A stretch of DNA of 64,000 nt from Eledone cirrhosa (GCA_964016885.1 OZ024741.1:318494001-318558000), one strand, 5' to 3'. Counted from the first letter of the stretch, positions 1 to 13,486 are shown. The notes: generated by a model not told the origin, from the sequence alone. Numbers and translations: made by a program.

Positions 1-121
1 ATTACTAAACTTAAAGAAATAGTTTTATACAAATTTGTATAATTAAATTTAATATATAAAAATTTCCTGCGAAAAAAATAGAGAGACGTGTATGTGTACA
101 TGTTTATATATATATATATAT

Positions 122-168
<47 letters not shown>

Positions 169-240
169 TATGCAACATTAAAAGAAGATATTGTCATCTG
201 GCCTTCTTATATTTTCATTGAAGTATAATATATATGTATA

Positions 241-286
<46 letters not shown>

Positions 287-719
287 AATAATAAATGTGA
301 AGACTAAAATCCGATAAGGATTATATATATATATATTTTTTTTTTTTCTCTCCCTTTTTCCCAATAACTTCCTTTAGCTATTGACGCACTGGGGTTAGAT
401 ATATTGCCTTTAATGAGTGGAAATATCCATGATCCCTAGCAGACAACTGATGAAGGAAAATTTTCTCCCGTTCTTGCTTTCCTCTTATTCATATGTACAC
501 CTTATCCACCAACTACACAACCCATGCTTCTTCTTATATATATATATATATATATATATAAATGAAAATAGAGAAATTAATGTGAGCAAGAAGCCAACAG
601 TATTTCATAATATATAAGTGACTATAACGTCAAGATGGAAAATATTTAACTTAAGATATGGGAAAATAATTCAATCTCGATTCAAAAAATGTCAAGACAG
701 AAATTTCCCCTCTATATAT

Positions 720-763
<44 letters not shown>

Positions 764-1080
764 ATATATAGAGGGGAAAGACACAGAAGAGTGTGTTTTT
801 CTTTACAAGAATTTCAAACCACCAGCGTGAAGAGAATATAAGTTAATAGAGGCATAGGAAAAACATTAAGGAAAACTCTTTCCTTTGAGCTAATTTAATT
901 ACAGGATTATACGCGAGTCCTTTGCTCCGTTATTTTACTATATATATATAGAGAGAGAGAGAAGTGGTTACACAACAGTTAGTTCACCATACCGAGAACA
1001 ATTGTTTCACCTTAGCGGATCCTCACCTCATAATGGACTGAGTGCTCTACCACTACAGATATTACCTTCCAGTGTTCTAC

Positions 1081-1138
<58 letters not shown>

Positions 1139-1962
1139 ATGTATGTATGTATGTGTGTATGTACAGTATGTGTATATGTATGTATATATATATATAATCA
1201 ACAAAGCCAGTACTACAAAGATGTAACAGGATAACAGGAACGGGTGTTCCGTTGGCTAGACCAACTTTTCAACCAGGTTGAAAGTTTGGCCCAGCCAGCG
1301 AAATGTATGTTCCTGCTATGTCTTCCTTGTAGTACTGGTCTTATTGAGATGCTCTACGTCTTGGATATTTCTACCAAGTTATTACTACTATGTATATAGT
1401 GTGTGTGTTATGTAAGTGTGTATATGCGCATGTGCGTGTGTTCTAGTCTGTGCGTGTTTGTGTGTGTATGCACGCTTGAGTGTCTACCTTGAATGGAAAT
1501 ACACTAGTGAGAAACACCAGCAGAAATTGCGAAAAATGTGGCTCCAGTATGGCTGTAAAAGTACATTCTGAGTTTCAGTGAGTACAACAGGTAACAACAA
1601 GTTCTATTAGAACAAATAGTATAATGGATTGACTATTAGGCGGCCAGTTGGCGTCTTTAAACCCGCACATTATTGAAAAGAACTAAGGCTGTTTAAGCCT
1701 CTTACATAAAAGTGCCTATGTACGTCGTTGTTTTCAATGAAGCAGGCTCGTCAAGTTCTCTGGAGGTTGAGAACATTCGGGAAAACAATAAGAGGGGTAG
1801 GAGTTATAACATTCTACCTTACATTAGATTATGCGGTTTCATGCGGGACTGGACGTTAAGTGAATTACAGGCTTTTGTTTAATGAAATAGAAGCTTTCAC
1901 CGTATTTTGACTACAGAAAATAATAGGGTATATATGTGCCCAAGCTTAAAAAATGGGCATCA

Positions 1963-2030
1963 ACATGCGTGGGAATCGAACCCACACCTCTTGTTCAGGT
2001 AAGTGTGCTAGACGCATTACACACACCTGC
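1963..2030 (-). mobile_element. tRNA-derived SINE head (degenerate)
   Basis: Minus strand reads GGCAGGTGTGTGTAATGCGTCTAGCAC...GGTTCGATTCCC, i.e. A-box-like and B-box motifs; no full cloverleaf. Confidence 0.5.
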
Positions 2031-2339
2031 CCACCCAATTTAATATTCTTTTAAATTATTGCAAGTTATTAAAACCGCTAAGATGCGAGGGATCCATTGC
2101 ATTGAAAAACATAACAACTGGACGCAAATAGTTGTCCGTGGCGTGTGGAGAATGATTATATTAAAAAGATTTGGATGGTTTTAGCAGGAGCTCGAGTTAA
2201 ATAAAGATTTTCAGGAACATAATTCAGTCTTGTGTAAAGATCACACAGGAAAAATAAGGAAAAGGAAGCTGTGGGGAGATCTTGAGTACCACTGCACGAA
2301 TACAAACATACACACACACATACACACACAGACTCACAG

Positions 2340-2423
<84 letters not shown>

Positions 2424-2799
2424 GAAGCGAGAGAGAGAGAAGGAGAGAGAGGGTGAGAGAGAGAAAGTGAGAGGGGGAAAGAGACGTGTATACATTGATG
2501 CAGATTGTTTGTTGGATCTCCATCTTTTCCGACGACGATTGTTCCAGTTGATTCAAACAATAGAACTGCTTGCTTGCAAAATTAACGTATTTCTCAGGGA
2601 GATTCAGTATGTCACAACGTGTAACAAGGTTGTCTTCTTGAATTATGTATATATACATATATTTATTGAGTCAAATGTCACCGGTGCTTTGAGAAAGCAA
2701 CACTAAATATCAGCCCGGGACATATCAATGAATCGAAATAGCAGAAGTAAGTTTTATTTTTTCTTTATGTTTTTTCTGTTCTTTTCTATTCAACTTCTA

Positions 2800-2858
2800 G
2801 CTGTCTGATGAGGTCATAACTATTGCATAACAGTTATCATCGAAATGTATATAATAAC
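2800..2858 (+). ncRNA. Hammerhead ribozyme-like motif (type I, minimal stem III)
   Basis: CTGATGA at 2805, stem II ATAACT/AGTTAT, GAAA at 2842, then TGTATAT-A; stem I is imperfect. Confidence 0.5.
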
Positions 2859-3006
2859 GATTATTAATAAATGAAGTAAATGGTAACCTGTTGACTTGTA
2901 TTTCATTACTTATACTCCGGCGTATACAGACCTACTTGTATACTTCATTAAGTGCTCTAATCTGCATACAATAGTGTCGGTGATTAAATGACACATACTT
3001 CACCAA

Positions 3007-3037
<31 letters not shown>

Positions 3038-3362
3038 CGTGTGCGTGTGTGTGTGTATACTAACTGTTATTTCTAGCAAATACGTTATTCACTTATTCAC
3101 TCATTGGCCACCTTACTACTTTTCTGTGACCACTGTATCAGGTGTTAATTTCTCCCTCTGCCTATCGAGAATTTCTCACTTGTAACGAAAGAAACAGTCC
3201 TTTTTTCTGAGGGGTCTCTTGATAATCCGTATCCACCCCACATCGATGATGTATTTTTATAGTGCAGAAATCGTTGCACATGTTCGGCGAAATTACAGAA
3301 GAAAAAATAGGTATATTTTTGTCTATTATTTCCTCATATTTTGTAATTTCATATATATATAT

Positions 3363-3670
3363 ATATAATGTAAAACGAAAAATCAGTGATGCATCTGAAC
3401 TCAATTTATTGTGTGTTACAATTGTTTGGCCGGAGGACAGCTCAAGACACGATCATTGTGTGGATCTATTTGATTCTGGATCTGCAGGTTCGACGGACAC
3501 GTCAAATTATTTCGGACCAAATTCTCGCCGGCGAAACAATTGTAACACACAATAAATTGAGTTCAGATGCATCACTGATTTTTCGTTTTATATTATATCA
3601 CACTCTGCTCTGTAAGAAAATAGAGTGCTCAACCGGCATACCGCCTATGGAAGAATACCTACCATCAGAC
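3363..3670 (+). mobile_element. Fold-back element (about 70-bp inverted arms plus 3' tail), PLE remnant
   Basis: 3363-3433 is the reverse complement of 3528-3597; the right arm carries the hammerhead 3' half GAAACAATTGTA; flanked by (TA)n and (CA)n. Confidence 0.65.
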
Positions 3671-3720
3671 ACACACACACACACATATATATATTTATAT
3701 TTATTAAAATAACAGATTAA

Positions 3721-3771
3721 AGTTTAAGCAAAGAATCGCTGCTTTCACCCTTAACGGGATCTTCTGAAACT
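3721..3771 (-). ncRNA. Hammerhead ribozyme motif, CAGAAGA core variant
   Basis: AGTTT-CAGAAGA-TCCC(GTTAA)GGGT-GAAA-GCA(9 nt)TGC-TT-AAACT; an identical copy lies at 23510-23560. Confidence 0.6.
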
Positions 3772-3946
3772 AACAAAGTCAATCTGTGAACGCAGAAGTG
3801 AATATTTCAAAAAACGTTGCAACCGGAGGCCAGGAAGACGATACTTTGGTTCGTGGAAACGTTCCCTATACAAATAAGTAATGGTATAAACATAACATAT
3901 ACTTAGCTACCACATCAAGACGTAAAATATCCGCGTATAGTTCGTA

Positions 3947-4640
3947 CTATCCGTTAGGGTATAATATGGGGCTGTAATACAGGAAAGTTTTGTGCAATTT
4001 ATGTTTACAAGCCGAAATTGCCTCAGATTTTTTGTTTAAGATGTGGTCTTTGGCGTAGAGTATTTCCAGGCCCTCAGCGGCGCAGAGGTCACATGGTCTT
4101 TTATTTCCGTTATACGATCTAGCCCTAGCCAGGATCTCCCAGTGTAACTTATATTGGGTGTGGTTGTCTTTTAGACTCAAGATATAAGCTGAAAGTGACG
4201 TCATATTCCTTCTTAAAGGGTAACGAAAAGAATTGGTATGCATGTAAAGACGCTGCTTGAATCTATTGGCGGTTAACCCTATGTAGGCCCTACGGGACGT
4301 GGGTGTTTCAACCTTACATTTGTAGACAATGTTACTAGAGAGGCATTTCCCGGATAGGGGGCAGTCAACCCGATTCCTACAATTACAGTTAGTACTAGCT
4401 ACAGGGTTGCACGTGTTCCTAGGTAGTTTAGCTAAATTTGAAGCTGTGATGTTATATGCAAGGTTAGGAGTCGTAGAGTAAGAAATTTTAATAGTATTTC
4501 TATTAAAAATGTTACGATATTTATGTGTAGGGGGAAAATGCTTCGTAATAAGGGAGAGAAAGATCTTAGCTAATGGTGTGGCCACCTCCATATTATATGG
4601 TGGGTTATACCATATAATGGGTCGGGATCTATTTCTTCTA
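3947..4640 (-). pseudogene. PLE RT thumb/linker plus GIY-YIG endonuclease fragment
   Basis: IIWYNPPY...KHFPPTHKYRNIFNRNTIKISYS, CNCRNRVDCPLSGKCL linker, IVY...AYIG, CDLC, CKH. Confidence 0.88.
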
Positions 4641-5061
4641 GGTCTATTCTCGTACTCAGTATAAGCTACATTATCGACAAATATTTGCTCTACGGTTCTT
4701 ATATATTTGATATATATTTATCCTTATCGAGCCCTCTTTGGAATTTAGTCTTCAAATTTTATTATTATTACTATATATATATATATATATAGGTGTTAAG
4801 GTGCAAATAAATTGCGTCCGTAGGCGGTATGCCGGATGAGCACTCAATGCTCCTGGGGAGCTTCCGATTCCAGAATCAGGTTCGATCATTAATAGATCGT
4901 TCCTCGAGCTGATCGACAATGAAACATATGTAATATGTAATTAGATGAGTATATGATGCAATACTGATTCTCTGTTCCCTTATATATTAATATTATATAT
5001 ATATATATATATACACACCACGACCTCCTGCATTTATTCATCAACCCTCAGTTATAGTAGA

Positions 5062-5153
5062 AGAAACTTGCCCAAAGTGCCACGCAGCGGGACTGAACCA
5101 GAAACAGAGTGTTTGCGAATCGAATTCATTAACCACAAAACTCCCCTTGCGCC
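5062..5153 (-). mobile_element. tRNA-derived SINE fragment
   Basis: Minus strand reads GTGGTTAA...GGTTCAGTCCCGCTGCGTGGCACTTTGGGCAAG. Confidence 0.55.
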
Positions 5154-5629
5154 CCTATACTGGATATACACACATACACTAAAAAAGGTGAAAGAAGAAT
5201 CTGGTTGACTTAGAAATGTGTGAAATTAGATGTAACGTCAAAATTACACCAAATGCATTTAAGAACTGACGTGTAACTGGAACCTGCTAGAAATATCAGC
5301 GAAATCCCTCTCCAATTACACTTGGGATCCTATCAAATCCAACTTATTTCAGCTCTTGAAATATTAAGTTAGAAAAATATAGCATATATTTCTTCTTTAG
5401 TTCTTTTAGTAGGCCACCGCTTTGATTGTATTTAGACGATCATATCAACCCCCATTACATATTTTTTATCGATCTCATTTTATTGAACTGCTGGTGTATA
5501 AAACATAATGGGACAACCAATACAACAAAATCAGTTTTTAGTAAACATAAACACAGACATGTATATACACATGCGCACAGATACACATTATATATATATA
5601 TATATATATATATATAATGTGTATCTCTC

Positions 5630-5719
5630 AACTTTACCTTTCATCCTTACGGGGTCGATAAAATAAAGTATCAGTAAAATGCACTGGGTAATTGCTGGCC
5701 TTGTGCCATAAGTAGAAAC

Positions 5720-5723
<4 letters not shown>
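5630..5723 (+). mobile_element. SINE 3' half (main family)
   Basis: CCTTTCATCCTTACGGGGTCGATAAAATAAAGTA...GGCCTTGTGCCATAAGTAGAAACAATT matches the full copy at 48955. Confidence 0.8.
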
Positions 5724-5754
<31 letters not shown>

Positions 5755-5755
<1 letters not shown>

Positions 5756-5943
5756 CAAATGAATTGTGGTAAGGAACCAGATGGACCATAACGCACCAGA
5801 GTACTCAATACTTATGGTAGTAGAGTGGGAAATAGGAAAAAGTATGACCCCGACGGCAGAGCTCAAGCCGATTCGATGGCTATTTCTGGACTCCAGAAAT
5901 AGCCGTCGAAATGGCTTGAGCTCTGCCGTCGGGTCATACTTTT

Positions 5944-5945
<2 letters not shown>
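5755..5945 (-). mobile_element. Fold-back element, family shared with 20046-20186 and 54200-54393
   Basis: Near-perfect hairpin at 5836-5945 plus a single-copy tail; same sequence at two other loci, all within (TA)n. Confidence 0.8.
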
Positions 5946-5982
<37 letters not shown>

Positions 5983-6083
5983 TATATATAAGCAAAGAGA
6001 TATTTAATTAATATTGACAAACTGATCTTAAAACGATAAGTTCTTGTTTTTTGGATATGTCAATATTTATAAAACAACTTTTG

Positions 6084-6144
6084 TATTTTATCTGATGAGA
6101 GCGTACCAAAATGTTGGTACCCTTGAAATATATATAATAAAATA
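6084..6144 (+). ncRNA. Hammerhead ribozyme (PLE pLTR type)
   Basis: TATTTTAT-CTGATGA-stem II GTACCAA/TTGGTAC-GAAA-TATATAT-A-ATAAAATA; flanks are homologous to 53400-53575 and 59010-59160. Confidence 0.8.
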
Positions 6145-6769
6145 AATATGGTTTTATAAAGATAGTTTCCATTTATTAATATCATTGATATATATATATA
6201 TTAATATTTTACTCACTTATAACCCTATTAGAACTCAATAAAGTTCAAATCAAAGCGAAATTTATTTTCGTGGAAAAGTGGTAACTTATTACATGTTGTT
6301 GAATATTTGAATATTAAAAAGTTACAAAGTCAGATATATAAGGTTGATCAATGAAAACAAATAAAACGAGCTATAGCACTTAATTAATCCAATGTTTCAC
6401 GATCGTTTCAAAGAGCAAGATGTTATGGATTAATTAACTATTAAACCATCTGATTTGTTTTCATTGTTGAACATTATATACATACGAGAATTGTTTTCGA
6501 CACGCTGACGCGTGTATGAGTATATTATTTTTAGACGCACAAATACAGACACGCTTACAAAAATAAGTCACTCAAATTTATGTATAGATTGTAAACACAA
6601 GTATAGTGAATGTTAGAAGCTGTTTGCAGTAGTTTGCCATCACCCCTTCCTTCCTCAGTCATCTCTAGTGCGTGAGGTTGCTATATATATCTATATATAA
6701 ATTTGAGCGACTTCCGTCCGTCCGCCTTTCCTTCCGTCACAGACTAGAGTTGACTGAGAAAGGAAGAGG

Positions 6770-7220
6770 TGATGACGTCACGCACTAGAGATAATTGAGG
6801 AAGGTAGGGTTGATGACGTCACACAGTAGAGATGATTGAGAAAGGAAAGGGTGATGATGCCACGCACTAGAGATGATTGAGGAAAGAAGGGGTGATGATG
6901 TCATGCACTAGAGATGATTGAGGAAAGAAGGGGTGATGATGTCATGCACTAGAGATGATTGAGGAAAGAAGGGGTGATGATGTCATGCACTAGAGATGAT
7001 TGAGGAAAGAAGGGGTGATGATGTCATGCACTAGAGATGATTGAGAAAGGAAGGATTGAGAAAGGAAGGATTGATGACGTTACACGCTAGAGATGATTGA
7101 CGAAGGAAGGGGTGATGACGTTACACGCTAGAGATGATTGACGAAGGAAGGTGTGATGACGTCATGTACTAGAGATAATAGAGGAAGGAAGGGGTGATCA
7201 TGTCATGCACTAGAGATGAT
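6770..7220. repeat. 41-bp minisatellite, about 11 units, with one inverted unit at about 6637-6675
   Basis: GTCATGCACTAG recurs at 6900, 6941, 6982 and 7023. Confidence 0.92.
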
Positions 7221-7805
7221 ATACATATATATAATGGCTGCATCTCGGTTTCGAGAATTGCCATCCCTCGACATTTTATGTCACAGGTGACCAAATATAA
7301 CTGTTTAGCCTTGCCAAGGATTCCTTTCTGCATATCCAGGGGCAAAAGAAAAAGAAGAAAAGGCCATGCTCTCGCAACACGCGTGAAGGTTGTTTAGATC
7401 AAGTGATGCTTCTGCTTGAAGCTTTTTAAGTGAGGAAAGGCCTTGTTCTGGACCAACCCACTGTCTGGACAACAGTGACAGCTAGCTAAACAGAAGAAAA
7501 AGTAAATATGATTGGCTGCCATCAAATCGCAGGTTTTACATAAGCGTTTTTCTTCTCCTAGAATGATCCCCTAACTAGAATTAGGGATCACCCACTCCCT
7601 GTGGATTAACCAGGCGCTCGGGCACCACACTGAGTATTTTTTGTTCCCGCGCAGATACACACACACACACATATATATGTACACACATATATATATGGAC
7701 ACATATATATACATATACATTTATATGCATCTACATATAGATATAGATATATACATACACATATATATACATATACATAGATATATACATATAGACATAT
7801 ACATA

Positions 7806-7836
<31 letters not shown>

Positions 7837-8854
7837 ATGTATATCCATACATACATACATACATACATACATACATACATACATACATACATACATACAT
7901 ACATACATACATACATACATACATACATACATGGTGGCTACCAACTCGTTTTCGAGTACGGCCACTACTTTATATCCATGTAGGAGAACCCCTACCAATA
8001 CGCTGAACGAGTGTAACTTTTTAGTCCAGCCAGCGACTTGAAAACTCTGGTACAAACACTACACTTGTGACCATTATTGACACATAGTGCTGGGCCCATG
8101 GTACCATGTGACGACAAGTGCAGAGAGATCTCCAGATATAAAGCAATGCCTGTGCCGTGAAGCTTTTATAGTGAGCAAAGGCACTGCACAAAGCCAGTCC
8201 CACTCTCTTAACCAAGATGATATATACCAAAAAGAAGAACAAGTCAACATCATTGGATACCATCAGGGTTGCAGGTGTTATATCAGAGTTTTCCTTCTCC
8301 TAGAATTCTGCCTTGACATACATACACAAAGCATATATACACATGCACACATACAACTCAAAACATACACATCCACACATACAATAACATCCATATCTAC
8401 ACATACATGCAGACAGACATACACATTCTACCTAGTTGATGTTGTGTAAATTCCAATGAGAGAGTCTTGTGTCTATGTTAGAAACCGACTCTCTCTATTG
8501 GCAAAAAATTTGTGAAATTATAAAACCAGAAGAACATACATACATACATACATACATACATACATACATACATACATACATACATACATACAATTTCAAA
8601 TTCTACACAAAATGATGTATACATGAAAGCGAAGTATCACGGCACACTGCGATCGACCACGACTGTCTGAATTAACTTCATCAAAATTTGTACTACCCCG
8701 ACATTGACTAAATCCTATATATAATTCCTTGGTAACATTGACACGAGGCCAGTAATTTGGGTGAAGGAGGGTGTCGATTATATCGACCCCAATAATTTCC
8801 TCATATATATATATATATATATACATATATATATACATACATGTGTATACATAC

Positions 8855-8903
<49 letters not shown>

Positions 8904-8967
8904 ACAGGGAGAGCGAGAGAGGGACAGGGAGAGCGAGAGAGAGAGAGAGAGAGAGAGGGACAGGGAG

Positions 8968-9011
<44 letters not shown>

Positions 9012-9146
9012 GACAGGGAGAGAGAGAGAGAGAGAGAGAGACCACGAATCACTCTATCTGACGCTCTTATGACTTTGCTAATTCTCTGTTTTATTACATT
9101 ACATGTTTACGCATAAAAAAGAAGCAAATATTGATTGTTTTTACAT

Positions 9147-9335
9147 TTGGCCAGCAATTTGAAGGGGATGGTAAAATCGATTAAATCTACACCAGTTCAT
9201 TACTGGTACCTTATGTTGTCGACCCTGGAAGGATGGAAAGTAAGTTGACCTCGTGGGAATTCGAACACAAAACGTAAATGAATAGACTGGATCTCGCCAA
9301 ACACTCTATCCGACAACATAACGATTCTGCCAAAC
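9147..9335 (-). mobile_element. SINE (main family, diverged)
   Basis: CTGGTACC...TCGACCC...GGATGGAAAG...AATTCGAAC motifs. Confidence 0.7.
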
Positions 9336-9384
9336 AACACACTAATCTTATAAGAATTAACGATATTAAAATTATTAGTAAGGA

Positions 9385-9600
9385 TGATGAATTGGCAGAT
9401 TCGGTAGAGCACGGACAACATGCTCTGCGACATATAGTTACGTCCCTTCATGTTCTGAGTTCAAATACCGCCGAGGCTAGTTTTGCTTTTATCCTTACGG
9501 AGTCGATAAAATAAAGCACTAGTTTAGCTCTGGGCTCGATTTAGTCGACTTTCCCCTCCTCCAAATTGTTTGTCTTGTGCCCAAATCAGAAATCATTATT
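9385..9600 (+). mobile_element. SINE (main family)
   Basis: TTGGCAGATTCGGTAGAGC A-box, GAGTTCAAAT B-box, GTCGATAAAATAAAG body, TTGTGCCCAAATCAGAAATCATTATT tail. Confidence 0.8.
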
Positions 9601-9838
9601 ACTTTTAATTTATTTTTATATTTTATTATTTATTTGTTTGTTTGTTTATTTATCTTATTTATACAGCTATCAATAAATAGGATTAACTACAAATAGAAGT
9701 AAAAACAGGAAAAAACTAATACAATGTTACAGATCTAAGGGAGAAAACTCTTACTAACTTACCTCATAAAAGCTGTGAAACTGAAACTGAAACTTACTGA
9801 GAATTTTTAATATTTTTTTTGTAGTATTTAGTCATGAG

Positions 9839-9869
<31 letters not shown>

Positions 9870-9908
9870 CATACATACATACATACATACATACATACAC
9901 ACATACAC

Positions 9909-9941
<33 letters not shown>

Positions 9942-10789
9942 CATACATACACACACACATACATACATACATACATACATACATACATACATACATACAT
10001 ACATACATACATACATACATACATACATACATACATACATACATACATACATACACACACACATACATAGATACATACATATATGTGTGTTTATGTATGT
10101 AGGTGAGTGTGTGTGCATAAGTGTGTAGGTGTATGCACATATATGAGGGTGGGGTGAAATAAATCTGCGCATCTCCGCTGAATTATACCAATGAGTCTTC
10201 GTTGTTCGATCAATGGATCAGTCAGCTCGTGACATTACTGTGCAAGTGGCTGAGCATTCAACAGACACGTGTATCGTCAAGGTGTCACATGGTAGGCCTG
10301 AACTCGTAAAGTGCAGTTATGCTTGTCAAAATTCTCTTTCAGAAGTCAGGGTTATGGAAAATTTAATGTTGAATACTTTAGTATATTAATTTAGAAGTAT
10401 TTTAATAAAACTACTACAGACATCACTCGCAATTGAGTATGACTTGGTAGTAAATACCATACTTTCCCTCAGGCTTTTAGGGGCCCATGCACTCACGAGC
10501 AGAAAGACACCCTCAGAACTCACTCTTACATGGTTCAGAAAAACATCCATAATGAAAATTATTGTGTACAGTACTCAGGTGCACTACAACTCATCAAAGG
10601 TGCATGTATAGTACATAGAATAATGTACAAATGTTAGGAGATTAAACAGTGTATGAGTCATGATATACACACAGATACATGCGTATGTGTGTATGGAGGG
10701 GGAATATCAAGTGTAGTGTTGGCGAATTTCGAGAAGCATGGAAGTTTCGAAGGATAACTAGAAGGAGAGTTAGCTGCTCCAGCATTTGG

Positions 10790-11141
10790 CTGGTACTTTA
10801 TTTATCGACCCCCAAAATGATGGAATGTAAAATAGATCTCGGCGGCATTTGAACTCAGGACACAGAAACCTGTAACAAATATCCAACGTTCTAACGAGTC
10901 TACAAATCGACAGCCTTAGTATTTTAGTAAAAATAATGGTTTCTTATATAGGCACAAGGCCAGCAATTTGGCGGGAGAAGAAAGACGATTAAATTGATGC
11001 CAGTGTATTACTGGTACTTTATTTTATCGACCCCCGTAAGGATGAGAGGAAAAGTTAACCTCGGCGGGATTTGAACTCAGATCATAAAAGGCTGCAAAGC
11101 ATGGCGTCCGACCCACTACCGATACTGCCAATCCACCGCCC
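10790..11141 (-). mobile_element. Two adjacent SINEs (about 10790-10916 and 10933-11141)
   Basis: Two copies of CTGGTACTTTATTT(T)ATCGACCCC...TTTGAACTCAG. Confidence 0.8.
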
Positions 11142-11184
11142 TTATTTTAGTAGAAATAATAATAATAATGTTACCAGAATCATA

Positions 11185-11361
11185 CGATGGTCCGCTGAAA
11201 AGTTCATAGGCTGACTATGAAGGAGTGATGTTAGATCTGTGAAACCCTTCTTATTAATAACTGCATTGTTTCTTTCCAGAGATTATGTTGAAAAATAAAC
11301 CTCATTTGGTCATTCCATGAGAGTATCTTGGTCAGCCTATGACCTTTTCAGCTGGCGCTCG
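11185..11361. mobile_element. Mariner-type MITE
   Basis: TIRs CGATGGTCCGCTGAAAAGTTCATAGGCTGAC / GTCAGCCTATGACCTTTTCAGCTGGCGCTCG; TA on both sides. Confidence 0.8.
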
Positions 11362-11618
11362 TATGTACAGAAATAACAGCTGTTGATATGTAAATGCATG
11401 AATTACATTTGTAAAATATAAAATTCTATTAGAATTTAACTGCAAGAGTTTGAATTAATAATAAATGTTATTTTCGGCGAATGTTTTAAGAGTTATATTC
11501 CGAAGCAATATCTAATCTACTTCATTTTATATATAAATATATGTCAACTATATTTTACAAAAACAAGTTATACAATGATGGAAATATGAAGAAAGAAAGA
11601 TAAAAATAAAATTAAGTA

Positions 11619-11999
11619 CAGTGAATCGTCGCTTATCCGGACGGTCAAAACCAAACAGTTAGAAAAAGATCCGGTTAAGTGAAATATCCGGATAAGTGAA
11701 TTCTAAAATCCCATTGTGACATAATGCTCGTGGTTTCTAATGTTTTAGCTTCTTTTAGTCAAAATAAAAGACAAATGCTAAGTAAAGAAAGTTTATTAGA
11801 ATAACAAAAGAACAGCTAGAATTTATAAGAAAATTAATTAAACAAACATAAGAATAACTAAAAACTTGGTACAACTGAATTGAGTCAAACCATAAAAAGT
11901 TAGTACTTTTTTTTTAAATGAATAAATAGTAGTATAGAAATAACCGTCCGGTAAATCGAATTTCGGAAAAGCGATATCCGGATAAGCGAAGATGCACTG
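11619..11999. mobile_element. Tc1/pogo-type MITE
   Basis: TIRs CAGTGAATCGTCGCTTATCCGGA / TCCGGATAAGCGAAGATGCACTG; TA target-site duplication; internal CCGGATAAG repeats. Confidence 0.85.
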
Positions 12000-12159
12000 T
12001 AATGGAAAAAAAAAGGTGGAAGAGATAAAGAATGGCAGATGTGGGTGTATAGGAAAGGACTAAGAATGTCATAAATGAGAGAGCGTGGTTTACATTAGCA
12101 AAGCAGGGCAAATGGTTAGAGCTGTGAAAACTTTCCACCTAAGTATTATCTCAATACTG

Positions 12160-12179
12160 ATATTGTCGTCGTCGTCGTC

Positions 12180-12212
<33 letters not shown>

Positions 12213-12517
12213 GACTCCATCATCATCATTGATTTCATTCTCATCCTCATCCTCATCATCGTCGTTGTCGTCGTCGTAGTCGTCGTCATCATCACCATCA
12301 TCATCATCGACTCCATCATCATCATCATCAACCTCATCGTCATAATTGATTTCATTCTCATCGCCCTCCTCCTACTCCCCCCTCCTCCCCCTCCTTATCA
12401 TCCTCATCATCATTATCGTCATAGTCATCGTCGTCGTCATCGTCGTCGGCGTCTTCATCCTCATTCTCACAATGATCACCATCAATTTCATTCTCACTGT
12501 CATTATCATCATCATCA
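12160..12517. repeat. (ATC/GTC)n low-complexity tract
   Basis: Trinucleotide repeats visible directly. Confidence 0.9.
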
Positions 12518-12518
12518 A

Positions 12519-12683
12519 TGGCGGTGGATTGGCAGTATCGGTAGAGGGTCGGAAGCCATGCTTTGACGTATAGAGTTACGGCCCTTGCCATTCTGAGTTC
12601 AAAGGTTAACCGGGGTCGATAAAATAAAGTACCAATAATGCACTGGGTAATTGCTGGCCTTGTGCCAAACATAGAAACAATTA
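12519..12683 (+). mobile_element. SINE (main family, internally deleted)
   Basis: GGCGGTGGATTGGCAGTATCGGTAGAG...GGCCTTGTGCCAAACATAGAAACAATT. Confidence 0.85.
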
Positions 12684-13260
12684 TCATCATCATCATCGTT
12701 CCACTACTTATCAAATGTCGACAATCCTTCACCAATCACTGTGGCTCTCATCATCAGTTCTGGTCCCATGCTGGAAGAGTTAACCCTGTATCACCAGTGA
12801 GATATCAACATTCACGCGGAATTTGAACTCACAACTCATAGTATTCGAACATACATAAATAATAATTTTGTTTAATTTAGTTTTATTTTAAGTTGATAAC
12901 TTTTTTTTTTTAATTTTTCATAAGTAGCATTCATTTCATTATTTTGTAGAAGCATTTTGAAATTCGTCCAAAAAGATTATAATTATAATTATTTTACCTC
13001 TGTAACATCTGATGTTGTTTAAAGTTTCAAAAATATACTCCTATAATTACAAATTCTCCTGTCACAAGACGAACAACACTTTAATATACATATACATAGT
13101 TATTGTAATAACTATGGAAGCGATTGTTTGGAAAGAGACATAGATGTTTGAAGTATATCAGTGGCTAAGACTCAAGTCTCGGGAAGTGAGGGGTCTGTGA
13201 AGGCCAAAGTCTTGGGCTCTTCCCCTTCCTCCTGACCTACCAAGTGATAAATTTCATAAG

Positions 13261-13433
<173 letters not shown>

Positions 13434-13486
13434 TATATATAAAAATATATATATATATATATATAATAATATACATACACACACAT

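Larger units (their letters stand above)
3700..4771 (-). mobile_element. 5'-truncated Penelope-like element (Naiad-like) with inverted terminal segment
   Basis: GIY-YIG ORF, then a 3' UTR with a hammerhead at 3721-3771. Segment 4680-4771 is the family's distal 3' end in inverted orientation (contiguous form at 23510-23670). (TA)n on both sides. Confidence 0.85.
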
